Positions 43,970-53,766 are shown, numbered from the stretch's first letter. The stretch is DNA of 64,000 bases from an uncultured beta proteobacterium (GCA_963788635.1 CAWBHE010000014.1:15405-79404); one strand, 5' to 3'. Notes: generated from the letters alone by a model not told the origin. Translations and numbers: made by a program.

Positions 43970-44893
43970 ATGACGGCACGCTACCTCGGCCCGCTGCCCG
44001 GCCATGGGCGCTTCGACTACCGGCCGATCACGCGCCGGCCCGACTACCGCTGGCCCGGCGGCGCCGGGCTCGCGGTCTACCTCGGCTTCAACGTCGAGCA
44101 TTTCGCTTTCGGCGAGGGCCTGGGCGCCGAGATCGGCCCGGCGTCGCCGCAGCCCGACGTGCTGAACTACAGCTGGCGCGAGTACGGCAACCGCGTCGGC
44201 GCCTGGCGCTGCCTGGAGCTGTTCGACCGCCTCGGCCTGCCGGCCGCCGCGATCATCAACACCGCGCTCTACACGCATGCCCCGGAGCTGGTTGCGGCGA
44301 TCGTCGCGCGCGGCGACGAACTCGTCGGCCACGGGCACAGCAACGCCGAACGCCAGGGCGGGCTGGCCGAGAGCGCCGAGCGCGAACTGCTGCTGCATTG
44401 CCGCGCCCGCATCGTCGAGCAAGGCCACGCGGCGCCGACGGGCTGGCTGTCGCCGTGGATCTCGGAGAGCCTGCACACGCCCGACCTGCTCGCCGAGACC
44501 GGCTACCGCTACACGCTGAACTGGTGCCACGACGACCAGCCGTTGCGCATGCGCACGCGCAGCGGCCGGCCGCTGTGGGCGGTTCCGTACCCGCAGGAGC
44601 TGAACGACATCCCGATGATCGTCGCGCGCCGGATGGACGCGAAGGACTTCGCGCAGATGATCGTCGACCAGTTCGACGAGATGCTCGAACAGTCGCGCCA
44701 GCAGCCGCTGGTGATGGGCATCGCCTTGCACCCCTACCTGGTCGGCCAGCCTTACCGGCTGCGCCATCTGCGGCGCGCGCTCGAGCACATCGCCGCGGTG
44801 CGCGACCGTGGCGGCCTGTGGTTCACGACGCCGGGCGCGATCTGTTCCCATCTCGACGCGCTCGCGGCCGACGCACCCGGAGACTTCGAATGA
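43970..44893 (+). CDS. polysaccharide deacetylase family (PuuE-related)
   Basis: NYSWREYGNRVG, ELVGHG, GWLSPW, ELND, ALHPYLVGQP. Confidence 0.85.
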   Translation: MTARYLGPLPGHGRFDYRPITRRPDYRWPGGAGLAVYLGFNVEHFAFGEGLGAEIGPASPQPDVLNYSWREYGNRVGAWRCLELFDRLGLPAAAIINTALYTHAPELVAAIVARGDELVGHGHSNAERQGGLAESAERELLLHCRARIVEQGHAAPTGWLSPWISESLHTPDLLAETGYRYTLNWCHDDQPLRMRTRSGRPLWAVPYPQELNDIPMIVARRMDAKDFAQMIVDQFDEMLEQSRQQPLVMGIALHPYLVGQPYRLRHLRRALEHIAAVRDRGGLWFTTPGAICSHLDALAADAPGDFE

Positions 44894-46081
44894 ACTTCGC
44901 GATCGACGACGAGGTCGGCGCCTGGGTGCCGCATGGCCGCTTCGTCATCGAAGGCCGGCCCGGCGGCGCGCTCGCCGGGCTGCGCTTCGCCGCCAAGGAC
45001 TTGTTCGACGTCGCCGGCCACCCGACCGGGGCCGGCAATCCAACCTGGCTGGCGACGCACCCGGCGCCGGCGCGGCACAGCGCGGTCGTCGCGCGGCTGC
45101 TCGACGCCGGCGCGACGCTGGCGGGCAAGGTCGTCACCGACGAGCTGGCCTACAGCCTGCACGGCGACAACCTGCATTACGGCGCACCGATCAATGCGCG
45201 CGCGCCCCGGCACGTGACCGGCGGCTCGTCCAGCGGCTCGGCCGCGGCGGTGGCCGCCGGCCTGGTGGACTTCGCGCTCGGCACCGACACCGGCGGCTCG
45301 ACGCGCGTGCCGGCGAGCTACTGCGGGCTCTGGGGCCTGCGCAGCACGCAGGGCCTCGTCCCGGTCGACGGCCTCGTGCCGCTGCACCCGAGCTTCGACA
45401 CCGTGACCTGGCTCGCGCAGGACGCGGTCACCTTCGAACGGGTCGCGTGCGCGCTCCTGCCCGAGCGCCCCTTCACGCCGCGCCGGGTGCTGGTGCCGGC
45501 CGATGCCTGGGACGCTGGCCGATGCCGGGTTCGCGTCACCGCTGCAGCGCGTGCGCGACGCGCTGGCCGCGCGGCTGGACGCGACGCCCGAGTCGCTGCG
45601 CGTCGCCGGCGACCAGACCCTCGACGCCTGGCGCCAGACCTACGCCACCGCCGGCGCGTTCGAGGGCTGGCAGGTTCACGGTGCGTGGATCCGCGCCCAC
45701 CGGCCCGTCTTCGGCCCCGCCATCGCCGCGCGCTGGCAGGCGGCAAGCCAGGTCGACGATGCCGCCGCGGCCGCGGCATGGGCCACGGTGCAGCGTGTTC
45801 GCGCACGGGTGCGGGCGCTGCTCGGCGACGACGGCGTGGCGGTGCTGCCGTCGGCGGCCAGCGTCGCGCCGCGCCGCGATGCCGCCGCCGCGGCGGTGGA
45901 CGCGGTGAGACTGCGCACGATGGCGATCACCTGCATCGCCGGGCTCGCCGGGCTGCCGCAGGTGAGCCTCCCGCTGAGCGCGCCGGACGGCCTGCCGCTG
46001 GGCGTTTCGCTGCTCGGGCCGGCCGGCAGCGACCTCGCGCTGATCCGGCTCGCCGCGGCGTTGCACGCGGCGCTCGTCTGA
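44890..46081 (+). CDS. amidase-signature enzyme (frameshift near 45510)
   Basis: AKDLFD, GGSSSGSAAAVA, GTDTGGSTRVPASYCG. Confidence 0.88.
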
Positions 46082-46103
46082 CGCGGGCGCGGGTCCGGGG
46101 CGC

Positions 46104-47102
46104 TCAGCCGGCCGTCACCGGCCGGCCCTGCTCGCGGCGCGCGGCGACGAAGGCGTCGAAGGCTTCGGCGCTGGTCTTCGCCGGCCGGTAGCCGAAGTCC
46201 TGCTTCAGCGCGGTGTTCAGCAGCACCGGGCGGTAGCGCAGGAAGTCCAGCTGCTCGGGCCCGTAGCGCGTCAGCCCGAGCGCCGAGCCGACGCCGAGCG
46301 CGGCCTTGAGCAGCCCGGCGGGCAGCGACAGCAGCGGCTTGCCGAGCCGGCGCGCGATCTCGGCCAGCGGCAGCGCGCCGTCGCCGGCGAGGTTGAAGCA
46401 TCCGGCGCGGCGCGTGCGCAGCGCGTGCACGATGGCGCCGGTGACGTCCTCGTCCCAGACGAAGACGAAAGGGCTGGCGCTGCCGCGGATCGCGAGCAGG
46501 CGTGGCTTCTCGAACAGCGCCGTGATCTGGTTGTCGACCCGCTCGCCCAGGATGGTGCCGATGCGCAGCACCGTTTGCGCCAGCGCCGGGTGGCTTGCGC
46601 GGGCTTGCGCGAGCATCTCCTCGACCAGCCGCTTGTGGTGCGCGTAGGCGAAGGCCTCGTTGCCGCGCAGCGCATCGGTCTCGCGCAGCCAGTCCGGGTT
46701 GTCGGCGTGGTAGCCGTAGGCCGCGCCGCTGGAACTGACGACGAGGTGCTGCACGCCTTGTGCGATGCAGGCGTCGAGAACGTTCTTCGTGCCGAGCACG
46801 TCGACCGAGTACTCGAACTCGCGGCTCGAACCCTTGCCCGGCGTGACGATCGAGGCCAGGTGGACGACGCTGTCGATGCCGTGCTCGGCCAGCGTCGCGC
46901 CGATCGCCGCGTCGCGCACGTCCTGCACGAGGTAGCTCACGCCGGGCAGCCGGCGCGCCAGGGGCACCTCGCGCACGTCGGTGGCGACCAGTGCGGCGGG
47001 TCGAGCCCCGCCCGCCAGCGCGGCGAGCAGGCTGCGGCCGAGGAAACCGTCGGCGCCGGTGACGAGCACGCGGCGCGTCGCGAGCGGGTCATTGCTGGTC
47101 AT
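46104..47102 (-). CDS. extended SDR / NAD-dependent epimerase-dehydratase
   Basis: TGADGFLG, HLAS, SSGAAYG, YAHHK. Confidence 0.85.
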   Translation of the reverse strand: MTSNDPLATRRVLVTGADGFLGRSLLAALAGGARPAALVATDVREVPLARRLPGVSYLVQDVRDAAIGATLAEHGIDSVVHLASIVTPGKGSSREFEYSVDVLGTKNVLDACIAQGVQHLVVSSSGAAYGYHADNPDWLRETDALRGNEAFAYAHHKRLVEEMLAQARASHPALAQTVLRIGTILGERVDNQITALFEKPRLLAIRGSASPFVFVWDEDVTGAIVHALRTRRAGCFNLAGDGALPLAEIARRLGKPLLSLPAGLLKAALGVGSALGLTRYGPEQLDFLRYRPVLLNTALKQDFGYRPAKTSAEAFDAFVAARREQGRPVTAG

Positions 47103-48024
47103 GCCGTGCTCCGCGCGGGCGCGCCGACCGGTTCGCGCCGCGCCCACCAGCCGGCCAACACGAGGCCGGCGATGATGTCCCAGAAGCCCCAGACGCCGGC
47201 CACGACGGCCATGCCGCCGAGGCCACCGAAGAAGCCGAAGATCAGCACCAGCCCGAGCCCGGCGTTGCGGATGCCGACCTCGATCGCGACCGCGCGCCGG
47301 TCGTAGTCGGACGAGGCCGGTGGCGCGCGCGCAGGCCCAGCCGGTGGCGAAGGCGAGCGCGTCCTGCAGCACCACGGCGAGCAGCACCAGCCCCACGTAG
47401 TCGAGGAAGAAGCGCCAGTTGCCGGCGATCGCGCCGACGATGAAGCCGATCAGGCAGACCAGGCCGAAGCCGGCGCGCGGGCTTGACCAGCCGCGCGGCC
47501 AGGCGCGGCAGCCGCTCGGCGCAGAGGATGCCGAGCACGAAGGGCGCTCCGATGATGACGACGATGTGGCCCGTCATCTCGAGCGGGTCGAGCGCGATGC
47601 GGCGCAGCAGCGGCGCGGCGGTCGGGTGCAGGCCGCCCCAGAACGCGAAGTTGATCGGCATCAGCACGATCGCGAGCGCGTTCGAGATCGCCGTCATCGA
47701 CACCGACAGCGCGACGTTGCCGCGCGCGCGGTGGGTCAGGATGTTGCTGATGTTGCCCGGCGGGCAGCAGGCGACGAGCAGCATGCCCAGCGCGATGCTG
47801 GGCGCCGGCCGCAGCAGCAGCGTGAGCGCGAAGCTCACCGCCGGCAGCACGATGAACTGCGCCGCGATGCCGACCGCCATCGCGCCGGGCATGCGCAGCA
47901 CGCGCCGGAAGTCGGCGAGCCGGGTGTCGAGCGCGATGCCGAACATCAGCAGCCCGAGCACGCCGTTGAGCGCGACCAGCGACGCGGGGCTGAAGTTCAG
48001 GCGGATCTCGTCGACGGGCAGCAT
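47099..48024 (-). CDS. bile acid:sodium symporter family transporter (frameshifted)
   Basis: MFGIAL, QFIVLPA, CPPGNISN, GNVALSVSMT, EVGIRNAGL across frames. Confidence 0.85.
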
Positions 48025-48056
48025 CGGGGCTTTCGGTGGGGCGCGAGCGAGGCGAA

Positions 48057-49367
48057 TCAGGCGAGGGCCGCCGCGGCCTTGCGCACCGCGGCGCGGTAGA
48101 CGTCCTTGTTGACGTAGTAGGCCATGCGTTCGAGCTTCAGGTAGCGGATGCCGCCCGACAGGTCGGGCGCCGGCCCGGCCTTCGCGCGGCGCAGCGCGTC
48201 GGCCTTCGGCGCACCTTCGGCCGCGGCCTTGAAGAAGCGCGCGACCAGCTCGGCCTGCTCGTAGCGGCCCTGCCAGCCGATGCCGCTGGCCTCGATCATG
48301 CCCAGCACGGCCAGGTTGTCGAAGCGCTTCGAGAGGATGTTCAGGTACAGCTGCGGCGCCATGCCCTGCCAGTCGAGCAGCTCGCGCGCGATGAACGGGT
48401 AGTGCAGCCGGTAGCCGGTGGCGCAGAGCACGAGGTCGTAGTCCTGCGCGCTGCCGTCCTTGAAGTGAACGGTGTGGCCGTCGAGGCGCGCGATGTCGGG
48501 CCGGGCGCGGATGTCGCCATGGCCCAGGTGGTGCAGCACGAGCGAGTTGACGACCGGGTGCGACTCGTACATCCGGTAGTCGGGCCGCGGCAGCCCGAAG
48601 CGCGCCGGGTCGCCGGTGAACCAGCGCAGCACGACGGCGTCGACGCGCTGCTTCAGCCACGACGGCAGCCGGATCCGGCCGCCCAGCGTGTCGGCCGGCT
48701 TGCCGAACATGTACTTGGGCACGAAGTAGTAGCCGCGCCGCACCGACAGGTCCACGCGCTCGGCCTGGTGCACCGCGTCGACCGCGATGTCGCAGCCCGA
48801 GTTGCCGGCCCCCACCACCAGCACGCGCTTGGCGCGGAACTGGCTCGCGTCCTTGTAGGCCGCGGTGTGCAGCAGCTCGCCGTCGAAGCGGCCTTCGAAG
48901 CGCGGCAGGTTGGGCTCGGCCAGCGTGCCGTTGGCGATCACGACGCCGGCGAACTCGGCGCCATCGCGGCGGCCGTCGGCGTCGACCCATTCGACCCGCC
49001 ACGACGGCGACGCGCCGTCGCCGAGCGGCGCGATGCGTTCGACGCGGGCGCCGAAGCGGAAGTGCGCGCGCAGGCCGAAGTGGCTGGCGTAGTCGAGGAA
49101 GTACTGGCGCAGCTCGCGCTGGCTCGGGTAGTCGGCCACCGCGTCGGCCATCGGGAACTCGGCGAACTCGGTCGTGCGCTTGCTCGAGATCAGGTGCGCC
49201 GAGCGGTAGACCGTGCTGCGCGGGTTGTCGATGTTCCACAGCCCGCCGACGTCGGTGTGCGCCTCGAAGCCCTGGAACGGGAGGCCGAGCTTCTGCAGGT
49301 TGCGCGCCGCGGCCAGGCCGCAGGGGCCGGCGCCGATGACGGCGATCTGGGTTCGGGTGTCGGTCAT
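48057..49367 (-). CDS. flavin-containing monooxygenase
   Basis: GAGPCG, GGLW, FDGELLHTAAYK (FMO motif), GAGNSG, ATGY. Confidence 0.9.
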   Translation of the reverse strand: MTDTRTQIAVIGAGPCGLAAARNLQKLGLPFQGFEAHTDVGGLWNIDNPRSTVYRSAHLISSKRTTEFAEFPMADAVADYPSQRELRQYFLDYASHFGLRAHFRFGARVERIAPLGDGASPSWRVEWVDADGRRDGAEFAGVVIANGTLAEPNLPRFEGRFDGELLHTAAYKDASQFRAKRVLVVGAGNSGCDIAVDAVHQAERVDLSVRRGYYFVPKYMFGKPADTLGGRIRLPSWLKQRVDAVVLRWFTGDPARFGLPRPDYRMYESHPVVNSLVLHHLGHGDIRARPDIARLDGHTVHFKDGSAQDYDLVLCATGYRLHYPFIARELLDWQGMAPQLYLNILSKRFDNLAVLGMIEASGIGWQGRYEQAELVARFFKAAAEGAPKADALRRAKAGPAPDLSGGIRYLKLERMAYYVNKDVYRAAVRKAAAALA

Positions 49368-49393
49368 GGGTGGGGGGTCACGCTCGTGGGACA

Positions 49394-50212
49394 TCAATGC
49401 TCGTCGCGCGACGGCAGGCCCGGAATCGCGCTCGCCCCGGCCTCGCCCCAGCGCGGCTTGCGCGGCTGGCCGAGCAGGATGCGGTCGTGCCAGGCGTCGG
49501 GCAGCCAGCCGAGCGCGTGCGCGAGCCAGCCCATGCGCCGCGGCAGCACGATCTGCGTGCGGCCGCGCGCGACGCCGGCGAGCAGCGCGCGCGCCGCGGC
49601 GTCGGGCTCCATCAGCCCCGGCATCGCGAAGCGGTTGCCGGCCGTCAGCGGCGTGCGCAGGTAGCCGGGGCTCACGGTGTGCACGCTCAGGCCGCTGCCG
49701 CGCAGTTCGGCGCGCAGGCTCTCCAGGTAGCGGATCAGCCCGCCCTTGCTGGCGCAGTACGCGCCGTTGCCCGGCATGCCGCGCCAGCCCGCGAGGCTGG
49801 CCACGCCGACCAGCGCGCCGTGGCGCCGCGCGCGCATCGCCGCGACGAAGGGCTGGAAGGTCGTGGCCACGCCGAGCAGGTTGATCTCGAGCATGCGGCG
49901 CATCACGGCCAGGTCGTCGCGCTGCGCGGTGTCGAAGCCGCCCGCGACGCCGGCGTTCGCCAGCACCAGGTCCGGCACGCCGGCGCGCGCGGTCCAGTCG
50001 GCCGCGAGCGCCTGCCAGGCGGCGGCGTCGGCGACGTCGGGCGTGTAGACCGCGCAGCGGCCCGGGGCCAGCGCCGCCAGGCCTTCGAGCACCGGGCGCT
50101 GCAGGCCGACGAGCGCGACCGCGGCGCCTTGCGCGATCAGCTCGCGCGCGAGCGCCTGGCCGAGGCCGCCGCAGGCGCCCGTGAGCACGGCGTTCTTGAT
50201 CGTGAGGGCCAT
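49394..50212 (-). CDS. short-chain dehydrogenase/reductase
   Basis: TGACGGLG, ANAG, YCASK, PGYLRT. Confidence 0.9.
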   Translation of the reverse strand: MALTIKNAVLTGACGGLGQALARELIAQGAAVALVGLQRPVLEGLAALAPGRCAVYTPDVADAAAWQALAADWTARAGVPDLVLANAGVAGGFDTAQRDDLAVMRRMLEINLLGVATTFQPFVAAMRARRHGALVGVASLAGWRGMPGNGAYCASKGGLIRYLESLRAELRGSGLSVHTVSPGYLRTPLTAGNRFAMPGLMEPDAAARALLAGVARGRTQIVLPRRMGWLAHALGWLPDAWHDRILLGQPRKPRWGEAGASAIPGLPSRDEH

Positions 50213-50302
50213 CGAGTCGGTGGGTGGGTTGGGCGGCGAGCTTAGCCAGGGCCGCCTATCATCTCGAAAAAATCGACGGTTTCGTCTCGAATTCAGAGAT
50301 TC

Positions 50303-51055
50303 ATGAGCAAGCCTGCCCCCAGCCTGCGCCTGTTCGAGCTGCTGGAACTGCTCTGCGCCGACGGCCGGCCGTTCAGCCTGGCCGACGCGGTGCGCCTGAG
50401 CGGCTGGCCCAAGCCCAGCGTGCACCGGATGCTGGGCCAGCTCGAGGCGGGCGCGCTGCTCGCACGCGAGCCCGGCGGCCGGCTCTACGCCGCGGCACCG
50501 CGCCTGCTGCGCCTGGCCGAGAAGCTGCTCGACGCCGGCATGCCGCAGGGCGTGCGCCACGCGGTGCTGCGCCAGCTGGTCGCCGACATCGGCGAGAGCT
50601 GCAACCTGACCGCGCTCGCCGGCGCCGAGGTGGTCTACCTGGACCGCGTCGAATCGGCGTTTCCGCTGCGCATGGAGTTGCGCCCCGGCACGCGCGTGCC
50701 GCTGCACTGCTCGGCCAGCGGCAAGCTGTTCCTGGCCTACATGGCGCCGGCGCAGCGCGGCGCGTTGCTCGAGCGGCTGCCGCTGACGCGGCACACCGCG
50801 GCGACGCTGACCCGGCGCGACGCGCTCGAAGCCGAGCTCGAGCGCATCGTCGCCCAGGGCCATGCGGTCGATGCCGAGGAATACGTCGACGGCCTGGTCT
50901 GCGTGGCGGTGCCGGTGGCGGCGCCGGACCGGCGCGCGCTGCGCTGCGCCGTCGCGCTGCAGGCGCCGGCCGCGCGCATGCCGCTGGCCAAGGCCTTGCA
51001 GCAGGTGCCGCGGCTGAACGAGGCCGCGACCGCGCTCGCGCGCACGCTGGCCTGA
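50303..51055 (+). CDS. IclR family regulator
   Basis: N-terminal HTH PKPSVHRML, PLHCSASGK; divergent from SDR-FMO-BASS. Confidence 0.9.
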   Translation: MSKPAPSLRLFELLELLCADGRPFSLADAVRLSGWPKPSVHRMLGQLEAGALLAREPGGRLYAAAPRLLRLAEKLLDAGMPQGVRHAVLRQLVADIGESCNLTALAGAEVVYLDRVESAFPLRMELRPGTRVPLHCSASGKLFLAYMAPAQRGALLERLPLTRHTAATLTRRDALEAELERIVAQGHAVDAEEYVDGLVCVAVPVAAPDRRALRCAVALQAPAARMPLAKALQQVPRLNEAATALARTLA

Positions 51056-51219
51056 GCGCGTCGCGCGCGGCCCAGCCTGCCACGGCTTCGTGTCGGCGGC
51101 GTGACGGTTGGATCTGCTTACCGATGTTGGGGATCACGCGATCAAGTTCACAAACCGACATCGCGTTGACTCGCGGCCCGGCTAGATTGGGCTCGTTGCC
51201 ACCGCCGAGGAGCCGCACC

Positions 51220-51480
51220 GTGGACCACTATCACGTCATCAGCGTCGGATCGAACGGGCACGCGCTGGCGCTGCAGGACGCGCGCGGCCGCTGCCATGTG
51301 GCGACGCTGCTCGCGAATTCCCCGCCGTCGTGGCCGACGCTGGTCGGGCCGGCGCCGTCGCGCGGCTTCCAGGTGCTGCGCGCCCAGGACAGCGGGCACC
51401 TGTTCCGCCTGATCTTCGAGCAGGTCGACTGCGACCGGCGCGAACTGCTCGAGCACCTGGACTCGATCGCCGCGGACTGA
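51220..51480 (+). CDS. hypothetical protein (86 aa)
   Basis: GAGGAG SD before GTG; protein-like sequence ALQDARGRCHVA...FRLIFEQVDC. Confidence 0.6.
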   Translation: MDHYHVISVGSNGHALALQDARGRCHVATLLANSPPSWPTLVGPAPSRGFQVLRAQDSGHLFRLIFEQVDCDRRELLEHLDSIAAD

Positions 51481-51807
51481 GCGCGCGCCGCCCGCCGGTG
51501 CCGCGCCGGTGCGGCGCCACGGGCCGCCGCATCCCGGCGCAGGGCCGCAGCGCGGCGACCCGGCCCTTGTGGTTTCAAACGGTTCGCGCCGGCGATCGAG
51601 CGCGCGCCGCTGCGGCTTGACGCCAGCCACCGTGGCGGGCGAAAGTCCGCCGGCCGGGCTGGGGGTGGCATCGGGGCTGTCGATGGGCTCGTTCATGCCG
51701 AACGATTCAGGCCGCCCATTTCGGCCGGGGCCTGCCCGTCGGGCGCCAAATGGGGTGAGTCCGGAGAGGGGCGATGATCAGTGCGGCCAGAATGCTGGAA
51801 TAGCATG

Positions 51808-51853
51808 GGCCAACCGGCTCATCGGCCGCTATTCGGCCCATTTCACGTTAGGC
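51808..51853 (+). mobile_element. degenerate, shortened attC-like site
   Basis: GGCCAAC...GTTAGGC followed by CGCAC and an ATG 10 nt later; only 46 bp. Confidence 0.45.
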
Positions 51854-51862
51854 CGCACCAAG

Positions 51863-52677
51863 ATGACCACCATGCCTCATGCTCGCTCAGCGATCATGCC
51901 GGCGCGAGCGACGTCGAACGGTACCGTCGGCGTCTTCGGCCTGACAGACGGCATGGCTCACGACGGAAACGCTGAATCTCGACGGCACTTCGAGAGTCGT
52001 CCAGTGAACAGCCATCTGAGCTTTCACAACGCAGCTTGGTCGAGTCACAACTTCTGGCGACATGAACGCGTCTGAACTACCAAAGTCAAATCAGGCGCAC
52101 CAAGAATCACGCTCCTTCGTATCACTCCAGGGTTACGCTTGTCCACGCGAACGAAACGGTATGGTGCGCTCAAGTTGGTCAGCAGCCCCAATGACTTCAT
52201 GCATGATGTAACGCATGATCGTTGGCGCAGGTCCAGCCTCAGCATGGAGATGCTCGATCTCGTAGCGCCAGAAGCGACAGGCACAAGCTGAGTCAGGCGT
52301 GCCGTTTGCGCTCTTCTGCGGATCGCCGCCATGGTTCACGGACTTGTCTGGTCTCTATGTTCATCAAGTACTTCGAGCCCACACGCGATCAAGTCAGATG
52401 CACGAAGTGATGGGTCGGTCGCTCTCACTTGGCCCGATGCATCTGGAACTTCGGGCGAACTGTTCGGAACGCCCTCACACACCGCGGCGTTGTCGAAATG
52501 CGAAATCCAACTGCCGCGCCTGTCACTTGGCGCGGCATCACGCTGGCTCCCGTCAACAATGGCCAAGACCTTCTCACGCCGCAGCATCTCTTGGGCGTTG
52601 GCGATCTAATTGCATTGCTGCTGGAGCTGGACGCGAGTGTGGCCTCTCAAGTCACTCCACCCAAGTGGTTGATTTGA
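51863..52677 (+). pseudogene. low-GC interrupted ORF, probable gene cassette
   Basis: line 52081-52140 is 50% GC; protein-like fragments SMFIKYFEP and WNFGRTVRNALTHRG...GDLIALLLELD broken by stops and frameshifts. Confidence 0.5.
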
Positions 52678-52733
52678 AAGTCGCTTTCTCTGAGTGACCT
52701 TCGGGCGATTTGCGGCCCAGGGCCCGATTACCT

Positions 52734-52857
52734 CGCTAACCCCTTCGATCGAAGGTGCCACGAGCAGGCCATGCCGTCCGCGCGGCGCCTTGGCCCATCG
52801 TGCGCCGCACGAGCGGCGCGTCCTGCCGCGACGCCCGGCTTTGCTCGAACGTTGGGC
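52734..52857 (+). mobile_element. attC-like site (124 bp)
   Basis: CGCTAAC (R'')...CTCGAAC-GTTGGGC (R'); long internal stem GCAGG..GCCG..CGCGGCGC / GCGCCGC..CGGC..CCTGC. Confidence 0.7.
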
Positions 52858-52885
52858 CCCACGATCCAACCCTCTCACGGCACGA

Positions 52886-53227
52886 TCAGGATTCCGGGTC
52901 GAACATGATTTCGCGGACCTCCTGCGCGCACCGACAGGCTTCGGCGATCCTGGCCGCCCAGGCGAGCGCCTCTTCGCGCGAGGGCACCTCGATGATGGAG
53001 AACCCGCCGACGACCGCCTTCGTCTCCACGGCAGGGCCCTCCGTGATGGTCCCGTCCGGCGCCACGACGCTCGATTGCTGCCGTTGCAGCCCGCCGCCGA
53101 AGATCCAGACCCCAGCGGCCTTGGCAGCCCGCACCACCGCGTGCGCCGACTCGCCCACCGCCGGCCAGTCCTGCTCGGGAATGTGGTCCATCGAGCCGTC
53201 GTCGAACGAAATCAGATACCGGGGCAT
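52886..53227 (-). CDS. YciI family protein
   Basis: ITEGP..ETK..VGGFSIIEV.SREEALAWA, EVRE. Confidence 0.85.
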   Translation of the reverse strand: MPRYLISFDDGSMDHIPEQDWPAVGESAHAVVRAAKAAGVWIFGGGLQRQQSSVVAPDGTITEGPAVETKAVVGGFSIIEVPSREEALAWAARIAEACRCAQEVREIMFDPES

Positions 53228-53323
53228 GGCGTCGTTCCTTCTCTCGTGCGGCAGCGATCGGCCGCCCCTCGATCTTGCTACGAGGATGCACACGCGCTCG
53301 GAGAAACGCTGGCTTGTTGCCGG

Positions 53324-53382
53324 GCCCAACCCCCCGGTCGAGCGGGCTGGCGCCGGCAGGCCGCTCGGTTCGAACGTCAGGC
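53324..53382 (+). mobile_element. attC-like site (59 bp), GTT core changed to GTC
   Basis: GCCCAAC...CGAGCGG/CCGCTCG stem...TCGAAC-GTCAGGC-CTCAC. Confidence 0.6.
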
Positions 53383-53455
53383 CTCACGCGCCGCGCCGTG
53401 CCGCACTTCGATCAAGGCCAAGGCCCATACTGGCCACCCTCAACCGGAGAGCGTC

Positions 53456-53698
53456 ATGAGCGATTCCGTCGCGCCACTGGTCCTTGACTTGCTGGAGTGG
53501 ATCGGCGCTCGGCCTCGCCCTTACCGAGAGGTCATGGACGCCTGGCGCACGTCCTGTCCTCGCCTCCCGGTCTGGGAAACCGCCAACGAACAGGGCTTGC
53601 TCGAGCACAGGCACATACCGGGCCACGAAGCAACGGTGGCTGTGTCCGAGCAAGGCCGTGCGCTTCTCGCCCAGCGCCGCACGCGCGTCGTGGCCTGA
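53456..53698 (+). CDS. small hypothetical protein (80 aa, winged-helix-like)
   Basis: GGAGAG SD; LVLDLLEW...Y.EVMDAWRTSCPRLPVWE. Confidence 0.75.
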   Translation: MSDSVAPLVLDLLEWIGARPRPYREVMDAWRTSCPRLPVWETANEQGLLEHRHIPGHEATVAVSEQGRALLAQRRTRVVA

Positions 53699-53766
53699 GC
53701 GCCAATGCGCTGGGTACCGCGTTCTTCGTGAGGCTGTTGGGGCCTCTGCATCGAACCCGGCCGGAG

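Noticed and set aside
51148-51696. Minus-strand ORF MNEPIDSPDATP...
   Set aside because: Low complexity and overlaps the better-supported plus-strand gene 51220-51480
51741-51750. GGGCGCCAAA matching the tRNA-Arg 3' end as a possible att duplication
   Set aside because: Only 10 bp and inverted relative to the tRNA, whereas attL/attR are direct repeats
53699-53745. Possible fourth attC (GCCAAT...GTTGGGGC)
   Set aside because: No AAC core and no convincing internal stem
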